Assembly: GCA_016184235.1 (NCBI GenBank)
Contig: JACPDC010000084.1
Location: 1-36,628 of the forward strand
Source of the DNA: Deltaproteobacteria bacterium
GTDB taxonomy: Bacteria > Desulfobacterota > Binatia > UBA9968
DNA: 36,628 bases
Reading direction: 5' to 3'
The notes beneath the pieces are model-generated. The model was not told the DNA's origin. It did no database searches and saw only the letters and a list, made by a program, of their open reading frames with translations. Every line of letters starts with the position of its first letter. The first letter of the stretch is position 1. The position numbers and the translations under genes were made by a program. Positions 26,419-34,198 of this stretch are shown here, one piece after another.

Positions 26419-26546
26419 AGATAAACCCCCTTTCTCGTTTGGGATTTAGTGTCAGCCTTTCCACGTCGCCAACCATATGATGATCATAGCGGACAGAATA
26501 AACTTGATAAGAATGACCAGCTCCTCCGAAAGCGTCGTTTCCATTC

Positions 26547-27551
26547 TCACGCGACTGTTGAGATCTTCCAACTCCTTTGTTGATCGACGCTCAGTGCGCG
26601 GGGTGGCGTGGGCCGCCAATCCGCGCCTCGTTTCATCCTCCGCAAATCGGATAGAACGCGCCGCGGCTCGCCCCAATCGCTCCATCCGACTCCGCTTACG
26701 GGCAGCACCGCCAGATCCGCCGGGCGCAGGGCCAGCACTTGTTGCGAGAAGTTCGTCGAGGGAAGCCGCGAGTAGAGCGCCTGGACTCCCCGTGTCTCGT
26801 CAGCCGTGTGGAGGTCCGACTGTATAGCGGTGAATCCATCATAGAGATCAGGCGTGGCGCGGCGGATCATTTCGAGAAAGGTTTGCACGCGCCCCACCAT
26901 GACAAAGCTGTTCCACAGGCAGCCGCGCTCCATCAGAGATTGTGCTACAGGGAGAGAGGGCTTCTCCCAGAACCTGTGAACGCGACGAAGAGAAAGAGCG
27001 CTGCGCCCAAGGGCCGCCTGGGCAGGTTCAATCCATCCGTAGTCGACCTCCGGCCCTTCCGGCGTGACGCCGAGCAGGGTTACCAGCTCCGGACAGAACT
27101 CGACCGCCTCAAAGGCAGACTCCACGTAGGACATGAACTTTTTCTCGTCGGAGAAGTAGTGGTCGGACGGAAAGAAGGCTACGGAGGCGTCGGGGGCCCT
27201 GCCGGCGAGGCGCAGCAGGCTATAAAGGATCGCCGGGGCCGTGCCTTGATTCCCGGGCTGCACGATCACCTGCTTTGACGGCACGCCGCCGAGAGCCACA
27301 AGGGGAAGGTAGAAGCGCCTGTGCGCCTCCGTGACCACCACCATGGTTCGATGGCGCGGCACCGCGAGCGCGACCCGGCGCAGGGTCTGGTCCAGCAGCG
27401 TTGCCCCGCCGAATATGGGGCAGAACTGCTTGGGACGCTCATCACCGGCGATCAGCCGCGTCAACGGGCGGAGCCTGGTGCCGTCCCCTCCGGCCAGGAT
27501 CACCGCCCAGCGCTCCGTTCTATCCGGCCTCAGCAGATCCGTTATGCACAT
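26547..27551 (-). CDS. sugar-phosphate nucleotidyltransferase (ManC-like, second copy)
   Basis: WAVILAGGDGTRLRPLT, ERPKQF, FPSDHY, GYGWI and GWSDWG blocks. 334 aa. Confidence 0.75.
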   Translation of the reverse strand: MCITDLLRPDRTERWAVILAGGDGTRLRPLTRLIAGDERPKQFCPIFGGATLLDQTLRRVALAVPRHRTMVVVTEAHRRFYLPLVALGGVPSKQVIVQPGNQGTAPAILYSLLRLAGRAPDASVAFFPSDHYFSDEKKFMSYVESAFEAVEFCPELVTLLGVTPEGPEVDYGWIEPAQAALGRSALSLRRVHRFWEKPSLPVAQSLMERGCLWNSFVMVGRVQTFLEMIRRATPDLYDGFTAIQSDLHTADETRGVQALYSRLPSTNFSQQVLALRPADLAVLPVSGVGWSDWGEPRRVLSDLRRMKRGADWRPTPPRALSVDQQRSWKISTVA

Positions 27552-27969
27552 GGCGTCTCCTTCCTTTTCCCCTCAAGGGCGAGAGATGACTCTTGGACTT
27601 CACATCAACGGCCAGTTTTTTTTCTTTCCACTGACGCAGCTCCTTGCGGATGTAGTCGGGCTCAAATCCCAGAGCCTCGCAGACATTGTCGAAGGAAAAA
27701 ACCGAATCGCGGTCCCTGTCCCATATCCAACGCTCCGCTTCGCGAAACAGGCTCTTTCGCTTGCGGTCGCGGGCGCCGAGATATTCCTGGAAAGAGGTGA
27801 CGGCGTCTTTCAGGATCGCCCGCATGAGTTTTGTTTCGGGCTCCGAGAGGCCCTTGCCGCGAACGGTATCGAAATACTCCGCCGAGATAAGAGTGTCCGG
27901 CTGAAAAAGGGAAGCGACTGTTTCCCCGACCCCGTGGTCCGCGTTCATTTTTTGACTTTCCATAAGCAC
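27520..27969 (-). CDS. hypothetical protein
   Basis: 149-aa ORF with normal amino-acid composition. Its 3' end overlaps the start of the downstream nucleotidyltransferase by 32 nt. No motif recognised. Confidence 0.5.
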   Translation of the reverse strand: MLMESQKMNADHGVGETVASLFQPDTLISAEYFDTVRGKGLSEPETKLMRAILKDAVTSFQEYLGARDRKRKSLFREAERWIWDRDRDSVFSFDNVCEALGFEPDYIRKELRQWKEKKLAVDVKSKSHLSPLRGKGRRRHVHNGSAEAG

Positions 27970-28377
27970 CTCCGGAAGGGAGCGGCGAGCGTTATGCCGG
28001 CTAGAAGGCTTGGCTTGTATATGACTCGGGCTGTAACAACAATCGGTTAAAAACCTGAATTCGCCTGAGGTAGATACCTGATGCCGATGACACGGCCGGC
28101 TGTGGATAACTCCCCGACGAATCCGGCGGGCAAACAGCCAAAGCCGCGTGCCGGTTTCGAGATCCCTGCTGTCTCAAGTAGTTAGAGGTCGCCCAGAGCG
28201 GTATCCGCCCTAAGAGAACGGAATCTTTTGGCGGATTCCGGGGAATATTCAGGCATTGTCCATACGCAAGTTGAAGGGTTTGCTTGATTGCGTTTTGCCC
28301 CAGGCAGCTTATCTTTGCTGGTAGAAATCGCGGAGTGGGAGACGCGGTCGAAGTTGAAGCCCATGGGAGAAAGACTA

Positions 28378-28563
28378 ATGACCGAAGAAGCATCCGAGCT
28401 CGACGCTTTCGACAGCGTGACGGAAGAGGAGATTGTCTGTCTCTGGCGCTCGCTTCACTCGAGCGGTCTCTCCGAAGGCGAGGCCTGGGACGCGGTTGTC
28501 GTCGGGCTGGCTTTAGAGGTCGCGTTCGAGCGGAGCAAAGGTTTGCGGCAGGTCGAGCAGTAG
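28378..28563 (+). CDS. hypothetical small acidic protein
   Basis: 61 aa from an ATG preceded by GGGAGA. This is the only plausible ORF in an otherwise ORF-poor 0.8-kb gap. Confidence 0.3.
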   Translation: MTEEASELDAFDSVTEEEIVCLWRSLHSSGLSEGEAWDAVVVGLALEVAFERSKGLRQVEQ

Positions 28564-28788
28564 AGACCTTCGACCAGATCATGCCTCAACCTGTGCTCGC
28601 CGGGACTGCAAGGAGGGGCGCATCCATGTCTTTATTAAGAGCGGCGCTCACGCGGACGTATCGATTGATGGCTATCCAATATTTGAGCTGGAGGCTTCGA
28701 AGATCTGCCACTCGACTAACGGGAAATCTTACTTCTGCCGGAAGGATCTGAGCCGCGCGCCGGACCAGGAGAATATGTAGGAGAAATC

Positions 28789-29787
28789 ATGCCTCAGCTT
28801 AGAAAAGATCCCGTGGTGGGCCGTTGGGTCATCATCTCCAGCGAGAGGGGGAAGCGGCCTAACCATTATGAGTTCCGAAGAAACGGATCACACAACGGTC
28901 CCTGTCCGTTCTGCCGCGGCAGCGAGCATATGACCCCTCCGGAGATCATGGCCTACCGGCCGGCGGGGTCGAACGGCGAAGGTCCGCGTTGGACGCTCCG
29001 GGTGGTGCCCAACAAATTTCCCGCCTTGATGATCGAAGGGGAGATGGACCGGCGCGGCGAGGGCGTCTACGATCTCGTCAACGGCGTGGGGGCTCACGAG
29101 GTGATCATCGAGACTCCGAACCATGAAACCAATATGGGGACTTTGACGGAGCAGCATTTTGAAGAGATTCTCTGGGCCTACCGGGACCGGATCCTGGATC
29201 TTAAAAAGGACAAACGGCTTCGCTACGTCTTGATCTTCAAAAACCAGGGCTCTGAGGCGGGCGCCACCCTGGAGCATACCCATTCCCAGCTCATCGCCCT
29301 GCCCATCGTCCCGCGCAACGTCGCCGACGAGCTTGTCGGCGCCGAGGACTACTACAAGCACAAGGAACGCTGCATCTACTGCGACATCGTGCGGCAGGAG
29401 TTGGAGGAGAAGGTCAGGGTGGTGAGCGAGAATGGGAGCTTCGCGGTGATCTGCCCCTTTGCCTCGCGCTTTCCCTTCGAGACCTGGATTCTGCCCAAGC
29501 GACACTCCGGCTATTTCGAGCACGCCTCAAAGCAGGAATACATCGATCTCTCGCGCTCTCTCAGAGAAACCCTGGTGCGGCTCAACGGGACGCTGAACGA
29601 TCCGCCTTTTAACTATATCATCCATTCCCTGCCTTTCGGGGAGAGCGAGAACGGGCACTATCACTGGCACATCGAAGTCATGCCCAAGCTGACGCAGGTG
29701 GCCGGCTTCGAATGGGGCACCGGCTTTTATATCAACCCGGTCGCCCCCGAAGAGGCCGCGCTTTGTCTCCGGCAGATCGCGCTATGA
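28789..29787 (+). CDS. galT: galactose-1-phosphate uridylyltransferase-family (HIT-like) nucleotidyltransferase
   Basis: DPVVGRWVIIS..R..RP, the zinc motif CPFCRGSE, and the active-site H-x-H-x-Q in LEHTHSQLIALP. 332 aa. Shine-Dalgarno TAGGAG. Confidence 0.8.
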   Translation: MPQLRKDPVVGRWVIISSERGKRPNHYEFRRNGSHNGPCPFCRGSEHMTPPEIMAYRPAGSNGEGPRWTLRVVPNKFPALMIEGEMDRRGEGVYDLVNGVGAHEVIIETPNHETNMGTLTEQHFEEILWAYRDRILDLKKDKRLRYVLIFKNQGSEAGATLEHTHSQLIALPIVPRNVADELVGAEDYYKHKERCIYCDIVRQELEEKVRVVSENGSFAVICPFASRFPFETWILPKRHSGYFEHASKQEYIDLSRSLRETLVRLNGTLNDPPFNYIIHSLPFGESENGHYHWHIEVMPKLTQVAGFEWGTGFYINPVAPEEAALCLRQIAL

Positions 29788-29826
29788 GGGCTGTTCGTCA
29801 GAGATTCAGGAGGAGGGGACAAAGCC

Positions 29827-30222
29827 ATGGCCGGCGCGGGTGAAGATCCCATTCGTGTTCTGCTCGTCGACCACGACGCATCCGAGGTCATGGCGACCCG
29901 TTTCTTGCTGGCCAGAGTTGCCGAGGCGCGATTTATCGTGGACGAGGCGGGCTCGCTTTCGGCCGCGCTGCAGCGCCTCACAAAGAGGGACATCGACATA
30001 GTGTTGCTGGATTCGACTCTACCCGACAGCGATGGCCTGGAGGCCCTTGGAACGTTGCGATCGCGCTACCCTGACACGCCGGTCATCATGCTCGCAGGCG
30101 CCGGCGACAGACAATGGGTTTCCAATGCGCTCGAAATGGGAGCGAGAGATTGCATCGTCAAGGACAACGTCAACAGCTATTTGCTGGCGCGCATCATCCT
30201 CCGGCACGCTAAAAAACCGTAG
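29827..30222 (+). CDS. stand-alone response-regulator receiver domain
   Basis: RVLLVDHD, DIVLLDSTLPDSDG, PVIMLAG and a Lys in CIVKD. 131 aa with no output domain. Confidence 0.8.
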   Translation: MAGAGEDPIRVLLVDHDASEVMATRFLLARVAEARFIVDEAGSLSAALQRLTKRDIDIVLLDSTLPDSDGLEALGTLRSRYPDTPVIMLAGAGDRQWVSNALEMGARDCIVKDNVNSYLLARIILRHAKKP

Positions 30223-30346
30223 CGGGGGCGATACTTCACCAGACACAGGTCTTTACCGGATTTCTATAAACTCGGGCGCAACCACGCCTCATCCGTTTTG
30301 CCGGAGATGGCGGGCAGGCAGCCCTGGGAGGCAGCGAGGCCTGTTC

Positions 30347-31963
30347 ATGGCCGTATTGGATCCCGACAATTACACGCTCAATGCGTACGCCGTTCCGACC
30401 TTCGTCACGGCGGCGGCGATCCTCATGCTCGGCGCAGCCGTTTTGATCCGGGAGCGCGGCTCGCGCGGGAGCGTGGCCTTTTTCTTCATGGCGCTCGCCG
30501 GGGCCGTGTGGTTCTTCGGCTTCTCCTGGATGTACTGCGCCGTCGACGAAGGCGTGGCCCTCTGGTGGGCGAAGGCGGCGTATGTGGGCGTGTCCTTCAT
30601 CCCATCGACGATCTATCTCTTCAGCGCCCTTGTCACGTCTGTCTATGTCCGGCGCAAATCGCTGGTGCGCGCCGGCTGGTCGCTTTCGACGCTCTTTTCC
30701 GCGGCAGCCCTGGGCAGTGACGCGTTGATCAGCGCTGTGTACCCCGCCTGGTGGGGCTACTATCCGAGGTACGGCTGGCTGGGCATTCCCTACCTTGCAT
30801 TCTTTCTCAGCATGATGGCCCTGAGCATGGGTAATTTTTGGGCCGCGTACAAAAAGGCCGATGCGGGAACGCACCGGCGCCGGCTCAAATCCTTCATGAT
30901 CGCTTTCGCCATCGCCTACCTCGCCTCGGTCGATTTCCTCGCCAAATACGCCTTCCCGTTTTACCCGATCGGCTACCTCGCGGTGCTTGGCTTCGCCCTG
31001 ATAACGGCGCGAGCGATCTGGCGCTACCGGCTGGTCGATATTACCCCCGCTTTCGCGGCTAGAGAAATCATCAATGTCGTGGCCGATGCCCTGTTGGTGC
31101 TCGACCGGGACGGCGTGGTGCGGGTCGTCAATCCGGCCGCGTGCCAACTGCTCGGGAAATCCGAGGTCGAACTCGTCGGCACGCCGATCACGACGGTCGC
31201 CGGCGCGATCCCGGACGGCCAGGCCCTCGCCGCGCGGATACTCAATGGCGCCATAGGAGACCAGGACGTCGCCGTGCCTCTCAGGCGGGGCGGGATGACG
31301 TTACTCAGCCTCTCCTCGTTCGTCATGCGCGATCAGGCCAGGCAGCCGGTCGCCTTCGTCTGCCTCCTGAGAGACATCACCGAACGAAAGAAAGCCGAGG
31401 ACCAGATCCAACGAGGCCTGCAGCGGCTGGCCGCCCTGCATGAGATCAACATCGCCATCACCTCGACCCTGGATCTGCAATCCGTGTTGAACCTCTTGCT
31501 GGAGAAAATAGACCTGCTGGTCCCATACTCCCCGACCACGGCGATCAGGTTATTCAACGGGGAGACCAAGACCTTGGAGCTTGTCGCCTCGCGCAATCTT
31601 GCCGAGGCGGAGTGGACCGGGGACAGGTGGAAATCCGGGCGCGACCTTGCCGGGCTGGTGTTCGAAAGCAGGGCGCCCCTGCTGATCCGCAATATCCAGA
31701 ACAATCCCGGCATAGAAAACCGGGAGTTTTACCGCAAGCACGGATTCATCTCCTATCTGGGGGTGCCGTTGACCGCCAAGGACGAAGCCCTTGGGGTGCT
31801 CTCCTTTTATACTAAAGGGGAGCGGCCGTTCGCCGAGGAAGAAGTCGAGTTCCTGACCACGCTGGCGGGGCAGGCGGCCATAGCGATTCACCACTCCCAG
31901 CTCTTCGAGCGGATCAAGAAACAGCCCTTTGTCCCGGATAAGGAAAACCGCGAGAGCGAGTAA
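30347..31963 (+). CDS. membrane sensor: multi-TM N-terminal domain, PAS, GAF, no transmitter domain
   Basis: About 6-7 hydrophobic helices (residues 1-220), a PAS-like region (VVADALLVLDRDGVVRVVNPAACQLLG), and GAF-like GVPLTAKDEALGVLSFY...LAGQAAIAIHHSQLFE. It ends about 15 residues later with no H-box or ATPase motifs. Confidence 0.7.
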   Translation: MAVLDPDNYTLNAYAVPTFVTAAAILMLGAAVLIRERGSRGSVAFFFMALAGAVWFFGFSWMYCAVDEGVALWWAKAAYVGVSFIPSTIYLFSALVTSVYVRRKSLVRAGWSLSTLFSAAALGSDALISAVYPAWWGYYPRYGWLGIPYLAFFLSMMALSMGNFWAAYKKADAGTHRRRLKSFMIAFAIAYLASVDFLAKYAFPFYPIGYLAVLGFALITARAIWRYRLVDITPAFAAREIINVVADALLVLDRDGVVRVVNPAACQLLGKSEVELVGTPITTVAGAIPDGQALAARILNGAIGDQDVAVPLRRGGMTLLSLSSFVMRDQARQPVAFVCLLRDITERKKAEDQIQRGLQRLAALHEINIAITSTLDLQSVLNLLLEKIDLLVPYSPTTAIRLFNGETKTLELVASRNLAEAEWTGDRWKSGRDLAGLVFESRAPLLIRNIQNNPGIENREFYRKHGFISYLGVPLTAKDEALGVLSFYTKGERPFAEEEVEFLTTLAGQAAIAIHHSQLFERIKKQPFVPDKENRESE

Positions 31964-32076
31964 CCGGCCCTCAGTTTCAGAGATAGTTCTCCCGTCGGAT
32001 TCAGGTGCTTACCCGATTGTATTGTCGCGTCATCGCGCGCATGATAACATAAAAATTCTGAATCGGGATTACCGTG

Positions 32077-32102
32077 ATGGCGAATGACCATGGCGAATGA
32101 CC
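32077..32102. repeat. 13-nt tandem duplication spanning the start codon of the first PAS mini-gene
   Basis: atggcgaatgacc (32077-32089) is repeated exactly at 32090-32102. Confidence 0.9.
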
Positions 32103-32647
32103 ATATAGAGCGGCTCTTGCAAATCATCGGGGAAATCCAGGACCGGGTAGAAAAAAAGCTGGAGCGCCGCAGCACGGCCGGGGCGCCCGGGCCAAGTCGA
32201 GAGGAAGCCCTGGAGGAGTTACGGACCTGCGTGGAGGAGCTCCGGGTAGTGGGGGAAGAGCTAAAACATCAGAACGAGGAGCTGGCCCGCGAACGCTATC
32301 GCTATTCGGACCTTTTCGACTTCGCCCCGGACGCTTATCTGGTAACCGATCCTGAAGGAACCATCCGGGAGGCGAACCAGGCGGCAGTAAAACTCTTCCA
32401 CTGCCCTCAGAATTTCCTGATAGGCAAACCTCTGGCCGTGTTTGTAGCCGATAGGGAACATAATGCCTTTCGCACCCGATTGGCTGGCCTCAAGGTAGAC
32501 GCCGCGGAGAAAGTGGAAGACTGGCGGGTTAGCATGCAGCCGCGCGACGGTCCATCCTTTCACACTGTAATGACTGTGGGCGCTATCCGCGATTCGGTAA
32601 CCCGGTTGACCGGCCTGCGCTGGCTTATCCGGGCTATCCCCTACTAG
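32084..32647 (+). CDS. coiled-coil plus PAS mini-protein, copy 1
   Basis: LEELRTCVEELRVVGEELKHQNEEL, then a PAS-like fold (FDFAPDAYLVTDPEGTIREANQAAVKLF...GKPLAVFV...LRWLIR). The start could be 32084 or 32090. Confidence 0.7.
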   Translation: MTMANDHIERLLQIIGEIQDRVEKKLERRSTAGAPGPSREEALEELRTCVEELRVVGEELKHQNEELARERYRYSDLFDFAPDAYLVTDPEGTIREANQAAVKLFHCPQNFLIGKPLAVFVADREHNAFRTRLAGLKVDAAEKVEDWRVSMQPRDGPSFHTVMTVGAIRDSVTRLTGLRWLIRAIPY

Positions 32648-32769
32648 CAAAACCTGCCGTTACCCTTCTACCTGTTTCAGATACCATTCCAACCGGATTC
32701 AGGTGTTTGCCCGATTGTATTGCCGCCTCATTGCCCGCATGCTAGGATGGATTAGGAATCGGGATTGCC

Positions 32770-33354
32770 ATGAAAGGGAATAGCCGGTTAGAGCGAAGCC
32801 TGCAAATCATCGGGGAGATACAGAACCAGGCAAAAAAAAAGCTCAAGCTCCGGAGCACGGCAGGGCCTGGGCCAACTCGCGCAGAAGCGCTGGAGGAGTT
32901 ACAGACCTGCGTGGAAGAACTCTGGGTAGTTGGGGAGGATCTGCGCAGGCAGAACCAGGAGCTCTTCCGCGAACGCCAGCGCTACGCTGACCTTTTCAAC
33001 TTCGCCCCGGACGCCTATCTGGTAACCGATCCTGAAGGAATAATCCAAGAGGCAAACCAGGCCGCGGCAAAACTTTTCCACTGCCCTCAGGAGTTCCTCA
33101 GAGGCAAACCTTTGGTCGTGTTTGTAACGGAGGAAGAACACCGAGCTTTCCGCACCCGTTTGGCTAGCCTCAAGACAGCAGGCGTAGAGAAAGTGGACGA
33201 CTGGCGGGTTACCATACGGCCGCGCCAAAGTCCGGCCTTTCACGCCATAATGACCGTGAGCGCTAAACCTGATCCGGTAAGCCGGTTTATCGGCATACGC
33301 TGGCTGGTGCGGGCTACCCTAGATGGAAGCGCCCCGCCATCACCTCCACTCTGA
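32770..33354 (+). CDS. coiled-coil plus PAS mini-protein, copy 2
   Basis: Collinear paralogue of 32084-32647 (FNFAPDAYLVTDPEGIIQEANQAAAKLF...GKPLVVFV...IRWLVR). It also shares about 90 nt of upstream leader. Confidence 0.7.
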   Translation: MKGNSRLERSLQIIGEIQNQAKKKLKLRSTAGPGPTRAEALEELQTCVEELWVVGEDLRRQNQELFRERQRYADLFNFAPDAYLVTDPEGIIQEANQAAAKLFHCPQEFLRGKPLVVFVTEEEHRAFRTRLASLKTAGVEKVDDWRVTIRPRQSPAFHAIMTVSAKPDPVSRFIGIRWLVRATLDGSAPPSPPL

Positions 33355-33414
33355 CCGCCTTGAAGTCTCTTTTCAGCTCGGCGCAAGCCTTTCGGGATTT
33401 CAGATGACATATCT

Positions 33415-33443
33415 CTGATTGCAAATCTGAGATCTGCAATCTG
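33415..33443. repeat. 29-nt near-perfect palindrome upstream of cheB (candidate operator)
   Basis: In ctgattgcaaatct-g-agatctgcaatctg, 12 of 14 positions pair around the centre at 33429. The core is GATTGCA...TGCAATC. Confidence 0.7.
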
Positions 33444-33562
33444 CCATTTGAGATTCCGAGCAGCAAAGCGAGGATATGCCCCTTGACCTACCTACCCGCA
33501 AGCGGTAAAAGTCGCATGTCATAATCAAAGACGAACGGAGTGGTTAAGAGGATAGCTGAAAC

Positions 33563-34198
33563 GTGAAGGAGGACTATACCAAAGAGCCGGCATCCCGCGT
33601 CTCTTCGACCTCTTCTAACGGCGCCTTCGACATCGTGGCCCTGGCCGCCTCGGCCGGCGGTCTCAGGGCTCTGAGCGAAGTTCTAGCTGCGCTGCCGGCT
33701 GATTTTCCAGCCTCTATTGTCGTGGTGCAACACCTGGACCCGCGCCACCGCAGCCTGATGGCCGATATTCTCAGCCGCCGCACGGCTCTGCGAGTTAAGC
33801 AAGCCGAAGAGGGAAACCGCTTGAATCCAGGGGTAGCCTACATCGCTCCGCCCAACAGGCATCTGCTGGTCAATTCGGACAGCACTCTATCCCTCTCTCA
33901 ATCTGAATTGGTCCATTTCGTGCGCCCGTCGGCGGATCTCTTGTTCGAATCGGTCGCGGCGAGTTACAAGGACCGCTCTATCGCCGTAGTTCTGTCCGGC
34001 ACGGGCAGCGACGGCTCCATGGGGGTTCAGGCGATCAAGAAGATGGGCGGAACGGTGATCGTCCAGGATGAGAAGACATCCGAGTTCTTCGGCATGCCCG
34101 GCGCCGCCATCCAGAGCGGCAGCGCCGATTTCATCCTGCCGCTGGATGAGATCCCCTCCGCCCTCGTCACCTTGGTCTCCACAGGAGATATCTCTTGA
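33563..34198 (+). CDS. cheB: CheB-type protein-glutamate methylesterase, catalytic domain only
   Basis: AASAGGLRAL (Ser), VVQHL (His), LSGTGSDG (Asp), and GGTVIVQDE..SEFFGMP. There is no receiver domain. GTG start. Confidence 0.8.
   Translation: MKEDYTKEPASRVSSTSSNGAFDIVALAASAGGLRALSEVLAALPADFPASIVVVQHLDPRHRSLMADILSRRTALRVKQAEEGNRLNPGVAYIAPPNRHLLVNSDSTLSLSQSELVHFVRPSADLLFESVAASYKDRSIAVVLSGTGSDGSMGVQAIKKMGGTVIVQDEKTSEFFGMPGAAIQSGSADFILPLDEIPSALVTLVSTGDIS

Noticed and set aside
28001-28582. 193-aa minus-strand ORF in the 0.8-kb gap between 27969 and 28789. I also looked there for riboswitch or sRNA signatures.
   Set aside because: The ORF is Arg/Pro/Ser-rich with no motif. I could not match the region to any riboswitch consensus I know (B12, TPP, SAM, glycine, c-di-GMP, guanidine, fluoride, ZTP). 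The gap is left unannotated apart from a low-confidence 61-aa ORF.
351-29787. Idea that the two ManC-like genes plus galT form one polysaccharide or nucleotide-sugar locus.
   Set aside because: They are 25 kb apart, on different strands, and separated by unrelated functions. No glycosyltransferases, flippase or polymerase are present.
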